From Somniosus microcephalus (lineage: Eukaryota): DNA of 64,000 nucleotides. The stretch is from contig CM126203.1 in NCBI GenBank assembly GCA_052327205.1, positions 20,646,001-20,710,000 of the forward strand. Direction: 5' to 3'. Position 1 is the first letter of the stretch. The number at the start of each line of letters is the position of its first letter. The position numbers were made by a program, and so were the translations under genes. Below, piece after piece: positions 25,053-38,663 of the stretch. The notes beneath the pieces were generated by a model, which made no database searches, was not told where the DNA came from, and saw nothing but the letters and a program-made list of their open reading frames with translations.

Positions 25053-26871
25053 GAAAGCAGGGAAACGTTAGCGCGTTGGTGATTTTATGCTGTTTGATTT
25101 CACCGCGTCGAGCTTCCTCTTGTGCGTAACCTGTGGGCTGCTACGTGTGTTGCCTGTGCAGTTCACTGTGGGTACAATCCAGTTTACACAACAGGCCCCC
25201 AGTGGGCAGCTCTGACCAGAAACAGAATGGTGCCTAACTTGTGTACAAGCACAGTGCGCCCTGAGGATGAGGCTTGGCTAATGATAGGGAAGTGATGTCA
25301 TCGGCCAAATACTAGGTGCTCAGACTGTTGGGCATGAGGCAACGTTTAAAAAAAAAAAATTGGAACAACGTCAGGATAAGGAATTGATAACTACGTTTAA
25401 TGCCCAACCCCAAAATTCTTGGAGGGCCATCGTACCACTGTAATTCCATCAATTAACCGACCTCAACGTTGTCCACCTCCGAACTCTAGGTTTCATATTT
25501 CACGGAAAGGGAGATGGAGGAACTTCACTGCAGGGCCTTGCTGCAGGACATCAGACAAACTGGACCAAATTTAAAGGAAGATGAGCTGGAAAGTCCAGAA
25601 TTCAAATTTGCCGCTCTCCACCCCTTCCCCCGTGATTGGCTACCGCAGGGAGCACACCTAATCCAAAACAAACCAATGGGCCCCACCTCTGTCAGGAATA
25701 AGTCCTGGCCTGCTCTGAACAGCGCTGCCTGCAGTCGCACAGTGTGTGTCGGGGGCAGTGGAGCGAGCGGGGTGCCGGGGAAATTTAGGAGCCACCCCCC
25801 CCACCACGCCATCCTGTCTGTCCTGCCTCCTCTGTCATCACCACCGAAAACAGGCAGACGGGCACATGAAGTTAGATAAGCTCTGTACATCGAAAAAAAT
25901 AAATGAAGGTTTCCTCAGTGTCCAGGCTAAATGAACTGAGAAATCCACATCGACCTGTAATGAAGCTTAAAGCTTACAGTCTCAAAATCAATTTGATGGA
26001 ACACTCACTTTAAATCCTGGAACTCCTGTCCCAGCCTATGACAGAGAATGTCAACAGAGAGAATGGAGGTTAATAATATGAACTCCCACACCACTTGCAG
26101 GTGTCTAAGCCCCTGTGGACATCAGTGTCTTACAGCTGCTAGTACTCGGCAATCCGAGTTAATGTTTTTTTAGGTGATTGAGTGATCAATCACCTTTTCA
26201 TTGGAAGGGGGCGGGTGGTGAAAACTAAAGTTGTTGATTCTGTTTGGTCCTCTTTTATTGTTTAAAACACAATGTTAGCCTGATGTGTGTGTGTGTGTGC
26301 CTGGCCTTCACTGCCATGGATGTCCTCTCCCAGGCTGAGCTGTTGCAATCTCCTCCCATTCTGGGCGTTCTCAAGAGTGGTGGTTCTAACAGTCAAGGAG
26401 CGTTGCCTCCGAGTGCCATCCTGTACAAGACCATCTGGCGTTTGTTTACCGAGTCTTGGGAAAATCTGGAACTGGAGAGAAACGGTTCCACTGACCTTGA
26501 ACCCCAGCTCCCATCTCCACCAACGCGCCTTGTGATCGTGACAATGATGTACACATGGCTCGAACTGTCTCCCTTCCAACCCAAGCCCTGGGCGCTTCGC
26601 TACCCGCCAAGGCCCATCGCTTGAATAAACATATTGCCACGGCAACATGGACTGGAGAACCGCTAATGTGAGTTTCTGTTGATGGCGAACCTGACGATTC
26701 TAAAGGTTTGAGCCCCTCGGCAGGCGGCCTGAGCTAAGCTTTTTTTTTCCTTCAGGTTCCAGTAGAGTGGAAGGAGGGTTTCTGCTTAGCATTGCCCCTG
26801 AAATAGTACCAATTATCCAATTATACGAGACAATCATGTAAGGTTAACATTTCCTTTATAAATAAAACTCC

Positions 26872-27435
26872 TCCTTGAGTATTGTGTGCAGTTTTGGTCG
26901 CCTTATCTGAGGAAGGATGTTCTTGCCATGGAGGGAGTGCAGTGAAGATTCACCAGACTGATACCTGGGATGGCAGGAATGACGTATGAGGAGAGATTGG
27001 GTCGATTGGGCTTATGCTCGCTGGAGTTTAGAAGAATGAGAGGGGATCTCATTGAAACTTATAAAATTCTAACAGGACTAGACAGACTAGATGCAGGAAG
27101 GATGTTCCCGATGGTCGGGGAGTCCAGAACCAGGGGTCACAGTCTAAGGATAAGGGGTAAGCCATTTAGGACTGAGATGAGGAGGAATTTCTTCACCCAG
27201 AGAGTGGTGAACCTGTGAAATTCTCTACCACAGAAGGCAGTTGAGGCCAATTCATTAAATATATTCAAGAAGGAGTTAGATATATTTCTTAATGCTAAAG
27301 AGATCAAGGGATATGGGGAGAAAGCAGGGACAGGGTACTGAGTTTGGATGATCAGCCATGATCTCACTGAATGGCGGAGCAGGCTCGAGGGGCCGAATGG
27401 CCTACTCCTGCTCCTATCTTCTATGTTTCTATGTT
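26872..27435 (+). mobile_element. CR1 LINE 3' fragment (young family, very similar to 40088-40910)
   Basis: ORF MAGMTYEERLGRLGL.SLEFRRMRGDLIETYKIL...; in-frame stops; (ctatgttt)n tail. Confidence 0.92.
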
Positions 27436-30400
27436 CCTCCTCAGCATCGTGAAATGACCGCGGAAAATGCTTCTTTTGGTGGCTGGTTCTGTGAGGAAAC
27501 CATTTTCCGTTTGAGAGAGGTTCTGTGTATTTCTGCACACGGTTCAAACAGCTACTGTGCCCAGAAATAGATGGGCACAGAGAGCCTTGTTGTGGGCTTT
27601 GGGCTTTCTCTGGCCTCGTATTACAACTGAGCTTTCGGAGCAGCTTCCCGGAGATACCTTTGCGTTCCAGTCTGAGACCTCTTACAATCCTGAAGCACTT
27701 CTGGTTTATATTCGACTGAGGTTCCCAGTTTGTTTCCCAGTGTGCTGCCCAGCTCCTATCTATCTGTTAACTTTTAATCCTGGTACAATTACTGTCTTGA
27801 ATAATCACTCCAGTTACAATTGCCATTGCCAAGTGATTACTCACAGTCGTTTTCTTAAATGACCACGGCATTTGATAGCATCTAACCAAAAGGTCACATA
27901 GTCATGTTGGGGGAAAAAAGGTGCATGGCCAATGATTAGAAAAATAAAAGTCCTACCGACCAGGTAAAATAAAAAAAAGCAATTACCATCAACTAATTTA
28001 ACACTGGCATGTATTGCTGGAGTTGATTACAGTACTTGACAGTCTCGGACTAACACTTAATTCATATTACAACACTGCCCCTGGATGCAGATCTTCAGAG
28101 ACAGTACTGTTAAATAAATGAGACAGCGTGCCTACCTCAGGGAACACAACACCACCAGCGGTAAATGTGAATGATAACCACTGGCAGCAGTGACTCTTCA
28201 ACCTGGCCATACCAACCCACAACCCAGCTGTCAATTGCTAATCTGAATGGACTCTTTCCCAATGCTGATATCCGTTGGAAGTGGTTCTGCAGTATAGATG
28301 GGACACAAGATGTGGCATGAGACTCAAAGGTCAGCTATTCCAGTTCACCACCCAATATGTTTCTCAAGCAGGCCTCCCTGGAGCCAACCCGACTCTTGAC
28401 TGAGAAAGCCTAGTGCAAGTGGCGCACACTTGTTTCATTGCTGATTTTCAAATGGTGGATGCGAGCTCCCCCACTTCCTACACAGCACAAAACGAAGGGC
28501 CTTGCCTCTGCATTACTCTGAACTGTTAGAGCACCTGTTTTGGAGCAGTGTTGAGTTGCTGATATTGCAAAGCCATTTCCAAATGGGCACTATGGCGACC
28601 TTCACACCATCTCCAACTCTTTGGAATGCTTTCCAATGTGACCGTGTCTAAGGAATGAGGTTGCTGTGGTACAAAGGGTAAAACTATTGCTTTCAAAAGC
28701 TGAATCTTCATCCATTTACAGCCATTTAGCAAAAGAGTGAGTCATTGGTGGTATCTATAGTGCATGGATAAAGCTTTGTGAGAGCCTGATACCAGTTAGA
28801 ATGCCCATTACAAGTGGCACAAACGTTTATCATTGCTTATCTAGATTGAAGCCCGGCACTGCTATTGAACTGGCATTGCCATTTTAATGGAAGTGGATTT
28901 TCCAATTGGTAAATATCTGTGCCCATCAAAGTGAAGGATCTTTCCAGTTTCTTTACAGCCTCTCTGGGTCAGACTGTCACTTCAGGAGTAGAAATTCTGC
29001 TTCTGTGCTCCCTTTCCTAAACGACATGCAGGCCACAAAATTGTGCGGCCGCAGCCCGTGATTTTCCATCCCATTAAAATGAAGGGATGGGCAAATCACG
29101 AGATGGACGTACTCGAATTGTGCTTCCAGGGTGCACTGGGAACAACGAGGCAGGGCTTATGTTAACCCTATTTGTGCGGAATGTCATGTGGGATTGTGCT
29201 GTGGGCCTTTGTCCCCACTCGGAACTGGGTGGAGAGACAAATTTCACTTTGGACCATTTACAGATACCAGAGAAAGAGAGATAGATAATGAGTGAGGAGT
29301 TTCATCCTTTAGTCATTTGGTCCTGAAGACAAAGACAAGTATCCCTGAAAATCTTTGTTTAAAAAAAAACACATATAAATCAGACCCTCCATTGTTGTCT
29401 TTACATAATCTAATAAATTAGGGGTGAAGAGGGTGAGCTCAGTGGTGGGAAGTCCCACCTCTGAGTTGGAAGTTTATGGGTTCGAACTCCACTCCAGGCA
29501 GTCCCGGCGAGCCAAGGCAAGAGTTCTGGTCTCTGAATACTGGGTTGACATCCAGCAAAGTACTCGTGCCCCATGGGTGTGGCGTGCCCCCTCCTCCAGC
29601 GCCCCCCCAATCGTATCCAGCCAGTTCTCCTGGTTCGGAGTTAAGAGTCAGGCTAACAACCTGTTCACATAATAAGGGACTTCATTACAAAAACAACCCA
29701 GAGCTCAATCTGTCGGATGTAAAAACAGTGGAAGACGTAGGTTTTCTCATGTGCTGATAGGCATGGAAGAGAAGAAGAAGAAGAAGCTGTTAGATTTTCC
29801 CGACCTGACTACCAGATTAACTAGCATGTCCCTACCTCTCCAACAGAGGGCTGACACACTGCCAGCGGCTGCAATCTGTTGAAGATGCTCGGGGGCTGAC
29901 GGGTGCCTCTGTGTTCTGCTGCTAAGGGTTGCAAGAGAGAGCAAGAAGCTGACTCTAAACCTTTACATCTGTCTCTGGATGAGTGACCTATGAAGAACCC
30001 CTCCTACAGCCGCCACTAACCTTCTGAATCTTAGAGAGATCTGCAAGGAAGTCTATAGAATGTGTGAGGTTGAATGAATCATGCATCTCATTGAGAACGC
30101 TTCTTCGAGCAGTTATTTGATATATAAGGGTGTATTTTTGTTTTGTTTTAATCTTCATCATAAAAGCCTACGGTGAAATGAGTAAGCAGAGCCTTTGCTG
30201 TTTCAGTTCAGCTGTAGAGGAGGGAACCTGGTTGGGAGATTTCGCTGGGTCTGTGCCAGGCATGCTGGATTGCTTGGGCACAGCAAATATTGGGAAATTG
30301 GGCGTGTCAGAGAGCATGCTGGTAAAGGGCCCGCCCGATTTCTCCCCATTAAATCCACATGTTCGACTATGCCCTCAGATTTACTGCATCAGTGTGTTCT

Positions 30401-30473
30401 CCTGAACATACAATGTAAGCAAATTGTGCGGCTGTATCAACGTGTAAGTCAATAGATTATCAGTTTCTTGTGA

Positions 30474-30735
30474 GTACGTTAGCCCAGTGCTTATGGTACT
30501 GGACTAGCCAGTTGTGAGATTGAACTCAAAAATCAGGTAACGTGTGGGCTGGCGCCAAAGAATGGCCATGAAAGCTGCTTCGTTGTCATGGACACCCAAC
30601 TTGTTCCCTAATGTCCTTCAGGGAAGGGAACCTGCCACCCCTACCCAGCTGTGCAGTTGACTCGTAATGCCCTAGGGCTATTGGGGATGGCCTATAAATA
30701 CAGCTTTGCCAGTATTGCCCACAACCCAAGAACAA
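30474..30735 (+). mobile_element. Degenerate copy of the SINE at 5075-5482
   Basis: taatgtccttcagggaagggaacctgcc...ggggatggcctataaatacagctttgccag. Confidence 0.55.
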
Positions 30736-31459
30736 CTTTTTAAGAAACACTGAACATTTACTCCTTAAAGGAGGAAGATTTCCTTTGTTCGCTATTTGTA
30801 GTGAAATGTTTAGACAGGGGTTCATAACATTCTTACAAACGACTTGACGAGAACAACCCCGAAATGACACCGTGGGAGATGAGTGCACAGACGCTCAATG
30901 TATTCTACTCAAGTTCCTCTCTCTGCCATTTTAGTGATTCGTTGGCCCGTTTATAGTAAACACACCCTCCACATTAGCGCGGAGGAAGTTCAGATGAATG
31001 TGTGAAGTATGCGTACACTCGTATCATGCACCACCATTTCAGAGCCCATACCCTTCATTGCCCTTCAGTTTTATACTTGTTCTCCCATTTTCTTTTTTGC
31101 TGCCTGTCCTGTTCTACAGCCAGGAAGACAGACCATCTCTTGGCTGATATTAAGCAATACTGCTCTGTGTCTATCCTGTAGGAGCTGTGTGACTGGCCTG
31201 AGTTGACTATTTTTCCCCCTCCCACCTCCTCATTTTGAGAAATTTTGAGAGTGTTACTGACCATGTGAAAGCTCCGTCTAATTTGGTCCAATAATGTGCC
31301 TTGATTGCAAGCTCAGAGGCATCAGCATCGGTTAGCATCATTGACCTAGTTGAGATCATAGGCCGAAGCCCATATTCCAATCACTGGATGAACATATACC
31401 CAGTACCACCTTAACTTGAACAAATTCTTTGCCAAGACTACTGGCTGGAAGGGTTCTAA

Positions 31460-31712
31460 CCTGAATTGAGTTTGGGCCGTCTGATCCCAGTTCCTGGCGA
31501 GCGTGAGGCCCACAGCACCACGCCACCCACAAATTAGCAATCTGACGCAGGCCACAGGGTGGTTGATGTGGGAATTGGGAAAAATGCTACATTGGTGCAG
31601 TAGGGAATGCTCTTCTGAGGTGCGTTATCGGGACAGCGTAGAGAGAGCCTTATTCGACATCTAACCTTGCTGTACCTGAGAGTCCTTGATGCTGACACTG
31701 GTTGCCTGAAAT
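31460..31712 (+). mobile_element. LF-SINE-like fragment
   Basis: gaattgagtttgggccgtctgatcccagttcctgg...cccacagcaccacgccacccacaaattagca...tgctgtacctg resembles the recalled LF-SINE body and tail. Confidence 0.4.
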
Positions 31713-31899
31713 GGGAAGCGTTCAATTTGCCAGGGACTTTAATGAGCTCAAAATTCACTAAAAACATTGAGAAAAACACCAAACTGACCCCAGAAACACC
31801 CCATAAAAAATTAACCATGCAATACATTGCTTACTAGAAGCAGAAGAGGGACATCAATGTTTTTAAAGGGTGATAATGAGAATAATTTGTGTTACTGGC

Positions 31900-32155
31900 C
31901 AAGAGGAAGACGAGGAGATTCTTTTTACGCAGCGAGTTGTTGTGATCTGGAATGCAATCCTTGCAAGGGCGGTGGAAGCAGATTCAATAATAACATTCAA
32001 ATGAGAATTGGATCTCTACTTAAAAAGGAAATATTTGCAGGGCTATGGGGAAAGAGCAGGGGAGTGGAACTCATTCATTAGCAATTTCAGAGAGCCGGCA
32101 CAGACACGATGGGCCGAATGGCCTCCTTCTGTGCTGTATGATTTTATTCTATGTT
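31900..32155 (+). mobile_element. CR1 LINE 3' fragment
   Basis: tttttacgcagcgagttgttgtgatctggaatgca...gatgggccgaatggcctccttctgtgctgtatgattttattctatg. Confidence 0.85.
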
Positions 32156-34034
32156 GTAGAATTTCTTTTCTGTCAGGGAAGACAGCAGCCCTTTCGGTCA
32201 CCAGATCTCTTTTTACAGTGATGTGGAATACACGATAGAAATAGCTGCTCATTTCCTTCAGGCCCAGCATGATGTTGCAATATATATAGTGTGAAAATTG
32301 CTACCAAAGCATTCAAACTAATGAAGCTTTTATCATACTCGGGTGCGAGCTCTTGTCTCCATTTTATTCCTTTTTTTTTAATTGCACTCTCCGTCTGGGC
32401 TTGAATGCTCAGCGGGTAATGTGGTAATGACAGATCAGTTTTAAAATATGAAGCTCTCCGGGTAGAGTTAGTTGTACCAGAACATGTAGTGTTAAGTAAG
32501 TGGCCCATTCATCCACTGTGTATGTTTTGTGCTCTACTCCCCTGGCTCTTTCATTAACTTCATTCAGTCCGATTTTTCAATGCTCGGAGCTGGGAAACGG
32601 TAATGAGATGATTGTGCAGATCCATCAGTTATTAATTGTCTTTAAAATCTACTCACAACCTCCCTCCCTTCCTGCTTTCCTCCTCCTTATTTCCGTCGCA
32701 ATCCTGTTTAAAGGTTGAAAAAACAGATCCGCACAAGCAAATAGTAACGGAGACACTTGACTGAATCGGTCTAATTGTTGACCGGAATGGTTAGGTTAAG
32801 TGTACACAGGCCCCTTCCCACTCTTTTGTAGGTGTAGCCTTGTTTGAGAGCAGGAGGATTTAGGACTATTCTCTTCTTTTCCGGCTTGGATATGAGAGCT
32901 CTCTAATGTACTGTCATGGTATTTAATTTTAAATGAGCCAAATCTTAACCAGAAAAGCCTCTGATTTGACTTGGTTTTGATTGGACTGGTTAAATCTCAA
33001 TACAGCTAGCTGGTATATCAACATAAAATGCTGGAAATACTCAGCTAGCTGGTAACCTGGCTAGATCCTCATGTTCTTTGAATTGCACTACCAGTTTCCT
33101 CAGAGACACCTCCAGCCACCCCCCAGACAGGCTGATCCAAGTGACCAACCTCGGTTCTGTTTAGACTGCGTCTCGTCTTACTGCTGAAGGATATCTGCAG
33201 TGTCATGATGTTGCCTTGTTACTTTTCCTGGATAGGTATATATTCTCCATCTATTGATTTGCATTTACTTTATTCCAAAAACAGAACTGGAAAGGTCAAT
33301 GTCAGCTCATCTGAGCTGCAATATAATAGCCTGGCGCAGTCAGAAATCTAGAAGCCAAATGCGTCTCAAGATGATTTGCGGTTTATCAGGGGGTGGTGGT
33401 GGGTAAAGGAAGTAGCTGCGACCTTGCTAGCTCGGTGGGCCACTATCAGAAGGACGATCTGTTGTCTCACCTACTGTAATATATTACCGTACGGCTCAGC
33501 AAATTACCCGTGTTACCGAAATGGAGCTGATCTCGTATCCCCGTGTGCAGCACATTTAGACAAATAACCCTTCCCGTCACACACAGCACATTTTTTTTAC
33601 AACTGCTCTTGATTTCGCTGTAAGTGACATTGAACCCTGTCTCGGAGACACTTTCCAACAGGAATGCGGGCAACAATCCTTCAGCCACAGCTCCCCTTAG
33701 ACAATGGCAAGGTTGGCATGATGCTGAGAGCAAAGGAGGCCCTTTTAGTGTTGCGCTGCGCATGAAGCAAAAGATTGAGGTCAAAGGTGGAGTGCTTGAT
33801 AATAGACAATTATATATTCGGTGTTCTATATACTAAACTGAGCTTGACTCAACTTTGACCACAGGTGGCTTAAAGACTTAATGGCGCCAGTGTTTTGGTG
33901 CAGGGAGGGGGCAGGGGAGAGTGACAGCATGGGCATGCCTGGTGCCGATTATAGAATTAAATGCTTCAATCAGCTCTGATTCCAGCCCTCAAACACCGGA
34001 GCATTCATTCGTACAATTAGTGGGCAGTTGTCAT

Positions 34035-34502
34035 CCTCTTTTTGAGAAAACATAAATTTAGACAACTAAAAACTGTAAATAAACCAATAAAACTTCAAAT
34101 AAACCTTAATAATCAAATTAAAATTTGGTTCTCCAGCCCAATTATGCACTCCAGTCCCCGCGGCGCCCACCGGTCACGAAAGTGATCTAGCGCGCCGGCG
34201 GACACCGCGTGCTCCAGCTCCAGGGCCACCCGGGCGCGAACATGGCCACGGAAGAGAGGGAGGCAATCCGGCCGGACGACCCCCTCGACCGCCCGCTGCC
34301 TGGACCAATTAATGGCTTTCTTGGCCAGGCCCAGGAGCAGACCCACGAGAAGGTCCTCCAACCTGCCCGCTCCCCTCCGCACCGGGTGACCGTAGATCAA
34401 GAGCGTGGGACTGAAGTGCAACCAAAACTTGAGGAGCAGCCCCTTCAAATAATGAAAGAGGGGCTGCAACCTCTCACAATCGATATAAATATGAAAGACG
34501 GA
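34035..34502 (-). mobile_element. L1/Tx1-clade LINE 3' fragment with 10-bp target-site duplication
   Basis: Minus frame SVFHIYIDCERLQPLF...LLLGLAKKAINWSR...FRDRW resembles a Tx1-type ORF2 C-terminus; cagttgtcat is directly repeated at 34025-34034 and 34503-34512. Confidence 0.75.
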
Positions 34503-34612
34503 CAGTTGTCATTAGGGAGGGGATATGATCTTTTATCAGGTGTGAGCGCACGTTTCTCAGGTCAATTGAATCACTTGCTTCATTCGATCTTTTCACGATT
34601 GGACCGAGTGAG

Positions 34613-34744
34613 GGTGAAATCCGTCTTGGGCAGCGGCGCGATCCAGCCGCCCATTTTACACCCCCACCCTACTTCCTTTTCCATTTACTTCAATGGCGAT
34701 TCACCATCACCTACCTTGCACTACCGGCCAAGACGGATTTCACC
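34613..34744. mobile_element. MITE with perfect 17-bp inverted repeats
   Basis: ggtgaaatccgtcttgg (34613-34629) and ccaagacggatttcacc (34728-34744). Confidence 0.7.
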
Positions 34745-35934
34745 GGCGGTATCTCCAGGACATTGTGTTGTTCAGTATGTGTAGTGAGTAAGGAGTCTCC
34801 CATATTCATTGTGAGAAGGTTTAACATGAAGACAACCCCATTAAACACTTAGGTATTTGTAAATTCACTAGGCAGACACCACCCCAGCACCAATTGGATC
34901 GCCATAATTCTCTGATGTGACTGTCTGTGTAACTGAATGATCTTTTTTCCTTTACAATTTGAACGTTCATGTTGAAGTCTTAAAATTCGATAACGTTAGG
35001 GCCAAAAGGATATGAGTAATTATGGGCTATCTTGTACTCCAGACATCACCAAGGCCACCCCTGCAGTTGGTGATAAGACTTAGCTCTTCAAGTTTTAATC
35101 CCTCAGTAGACCTATCGATACGGGACATATTCTATGTTCAGACTATAAAAAGGCTGAAATAGCTACCTTTTTCAATGTGATTTGAATAGATTTGTTTTAA
35201 CCTGGCTCCATTGGTATTCCGTGTGCTATCCCAGTCTGAGGCAGCATTGCAGGCAATCCATAAATATTGTATTTAAACCAGAGTCATCAGATTCCTCTTT
35301 GAATTGAATCATGGTGTTTCGGTGGAGAGTTGAAATCATCTGCCGAGTCTGAAAGGTCTGATGTGGCTATTATGCGAGTTAAAACGTTACCTCGGAGAAG
35401 CTGCAAAGCAGTTTGAGACAGATTAAAACTAATCCTTCTCTGTCATCAGCAATTTCTTTAGATAGCAATACTCATACCCGGAGATAAAGTTGTGGCTAGG
35501 CACTGGACAACCTTTGAGAAAAAAAAATGTTGTTGCCAAGACAATATCTCAGAGAGCACTTCGCACTGCACCTACACCGCCTCGGGTGTGCCCAGGTGAA
35601 AGCCTTGTGACTCACGCAGCCCACGCAATATTTTGTTCCGTTGCCCGTTCATTTCAAAAATGCCTTTTCAGCTGCAACTTGTGGAGAGTATCAGCGTAAC
35701 TCCGGGAGTACAAAACCCATACAGCAAGCAGTATCTAGAGCTTTTAAAAGGGGCCTGTGGCTCTTGCCATTACAGACCCCTGCCCCAATGTGACTAGTAA
35801 TACCGACCATCCTTCAAAGCAGCGCAGACACCACAAGGTACCTTAAGTGCGTCATTTTTCAGTAGGCTGGTGTGCAGTGAATATAATATGTTTTTTTTTC
35901 TGCTGGAGATTGTTAATTGCAATGCACGTACATG

Positions 35935-36205
35935 AAAAAAAGAAAAAGGAAGACTTGCATTTATATAGCGCCTTTCACGACCACCGGACATCCCAAAGCG
36001 CATTGCAGCTAATGAAGTACTTTTTGAAGTGTAGTCCCTGTTGTAATGTAGGAAACGCAGCAGCCAATTTGCGCACAGCAAGCTCCCACAAACAGCAATG
36101 AGATAATGACCAGATAATCTATTTTTAGTGATGTTGAGTGGTAAATATTGGCCAGGACACCAGGGATAACACCCATGCTCTTCTTCAAAACAATGCCATG
36201 GGGAG
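35935..36205 (-). mobile_element. SacSINE1-like DeuSINE, 3' half
   Basis: Reverse complement of the Deu core and L2-type tail seen at 24629-25052. Confidence 0.8.
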
Positions 36206-36660
36206 GTCAAATATGAAGCTTTCATACAATTGTTGGTGGTTGGCAGGGGCCTGGGGAGAGACCAGTCGCGCCCCCCCCCACCCCAGTTTCAACAACAACA
36301 ACTTGTCAGGCAATAATGCACGAAGTGGGGAAGGGGAAAATTCAATTGAATGAAAATGAACGGAAGACATATAAAGAGTGAAGTAAAATGAAGAAAAGCA
36401 AAGATTTGAATCACAATGATCGGAATAAACTCTTTGCTTTCAGCCTTTGGCGCAGTTTAATATAAGCGCCTGGAATCATCAGTCAACATAGTACATGCTG
36501 ACACCAGCCTAACCTTCAGAAACATTAATCTGAGTAATTAATAAACAACTATTTAAAAATATCCATCTTAAAGGAGCACTGTCTTCAAGACAAGTGTTTG
36601 GCAAAACTCATGTTTTTCCACATGTTTACAAATGGAACACGTGAGGGTCTGTGAAGGTTT

Positions 36661-36942
36661 CACAGAATCACAGAAACCCCACAGTGCAGATAGAGGCCAT
36701 TTCGGCCCATCGAGCCTGCACCGACACATATCCCACCCGATCCCCGTAACCCCTACACCAACACACATCCCACCCTATCCCCGCAACCCCATGTATTTAA
36801 TCCCCCTAACACTAAGGGTCAATTTATCATAGCCAATCAACCTAACTCGCACATCTTTGGACTGTGGGAGGAAACCGGAGCACCCGGAGTAAACCCACGC
36901 AAACACGGGGAGAATGTGCAAACTCCACACAGACAGTCGCCC
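36661..36942 (-). mobile_element. HE1-type V-SINE (5'-truncated) with CR1-derived tail
   Basis: Reverse complement of the V-domain tgtgtggagtttgcacattctccccgtg...gggtgctccggtttcctcccacagtccaaagatgtgc. Confidence 0.85.
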
Positions 36943-37117
36943 GTTTGTTTTCTGCTTGTACTTGCATATGCTTTCAACTTAATTAGAACGGATTTAAAGA
37001 ATGTTCAAAGATTTTTAATTGACCCAATGCTTGATTTTCCCCCCCAAAATCTATTGGCCCGACTAACTGACACAGCATTGCACATTGCAACATTTCCAGA
37101 TCAGCCAATGAATGGCG

Positions 37118-37438
37118 TAAAGAAAGAAAGACTTGCATTTATATAGCGCCTTTCATGACCACCGGACGTCCCAAAGCGTTTACAGCCAATGAAGTACTTT
37201 TTGAAGTGCAGTCACTGTTGTAATGTAGGAAACGTAGCAGCCAATTTGCGCACAGCAAGCTCCCACAAACAGCGATGTGATAATGACCAGATAATCTGTT
37301 TTTGTTATGTTGATTGAGGGATAAATATTGGCCAGGACACCGGGGATAACTCCCCTGCTCTTCTTCGATATAGTGCTATGGGATCTTTTACATCCACCTG
37401 AGAGAGCAGACGGAGCCTCAGTTTAACGTCTCATTCAA
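37118..37438 (-). mobile_element. SacSINE1-like DeuSINE, 3' two-thirds
   Basis: agaaagaaagacttgcatttatatagcgcc...gggatcttttacatccacctgagag...gtttaacgtctcattc. Confidence 0.85.
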
Positions 37439-38663
37439 ACAGGCTCGAGGGGCTGAATGGCCTACTCCTGTCCCCTATGTTCCTATCTCGGCCTCTTGAC
37501 TTGTCCGATTATTGATATCACATATATCATCCTTCTGTTCACGACTCAATGCAGCTGATATCTCATTTGTGTAATAGACTCTAATGACTTCCTTGTAAAT
37601 GTGTCGCCCTTGTGAAGGATCTGCAGCCTGTAACTCCCCAGTGTGCTGTTTCTTACCGGCATTGTCACAGTTCCTGTGTTTTTTTTTATATATAGCCACT
37701 GCACTTTAGGAGCACGGGCCCTGCATGGCGTACGGTTTCAAAGAGCGACCGTTTCCTTTTAAATTTTGACCGGAATTAGATCAGTGAGCTAAAAAAAAAA
37801 GCACGCAGTAAAGAGGAATTGTATAATTTTAATGATCCTTAACTCCCAATTAAAGCCCACCATCTGCTCATCCTACATAGATATTTTCCTGTCGGATGCA
37901 AACAGTGGCACTTACAAAGTATAAATCCGGTTGCTGTTTGTGCCTTTTATCAGTCTGTCCATCTTTCGACTGCAGCATCAATGAAAGCAGATTTGACCTT
38001 TAGCCTCTGTGAGTTCAGTGTAACTGGAAAATGGCTTCATATCATCAGCAGAACCAACACAGTCTCCCATCCTAGAAAGTTGGGAAATATTCCCCCCTTC
38101 CCCCACCCCCCGCCTCCTCCCCACCCACCCCCTCCCCCGTCAAGGGTTTGCTTCAAACACACATTGTGGCCACGTCACTTAGTTTAACAATGTTTTAAGT
38201 GCTTTGTAAAATTATGTTGCCGAAACTGTCTCCCGGGGCCCGGGAGGAAGCACAGTTTACAGAGCTGACATTTCCAAAAATACGACCAGCCGGCAGCCCG
38301 TCGCTGCTTCGTGTTTCGAACTGACGTCCAAACATTGGCTCATTTAACAGTGGAGGGAAACCCCATGGAGATCGGAGCTTCGTGACAGGCCCAAATAAAA
38401 GACAACCGTTGTCCTTGGTGCTGAAACCTCAAACTAAATAAACAGGCCGGCCTTTGTGTTAAAGTGTAGGCCGCTTCACAGTTAATGTTTGGCCCAGTCA
38501 CTGGTGAAAGTGAAGCTTACATTGATATAAAAGTTTACAGCGTATCACTGACATAATTTCAAGTTAGTTAACCCTTAGACTGCCAGCGGGTCCAGTGAAA
38601 CCTATTCTCCTGAGGCCAGCCAACTTTAAGTTTTCAATTCCAGCAATATGATGTTGAATATAA

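Noticed and set aside
29763-29882. Short ORF MEEKKKKKLLDF...
   Set aside because: Driven by a (GAA)n microsatellite, stops after about 39 codons, no splice support.
34209-34784. 191-aa plus-strand ORF
   Set aside because: Antisense of the Tx1 fragment running into a MITE.
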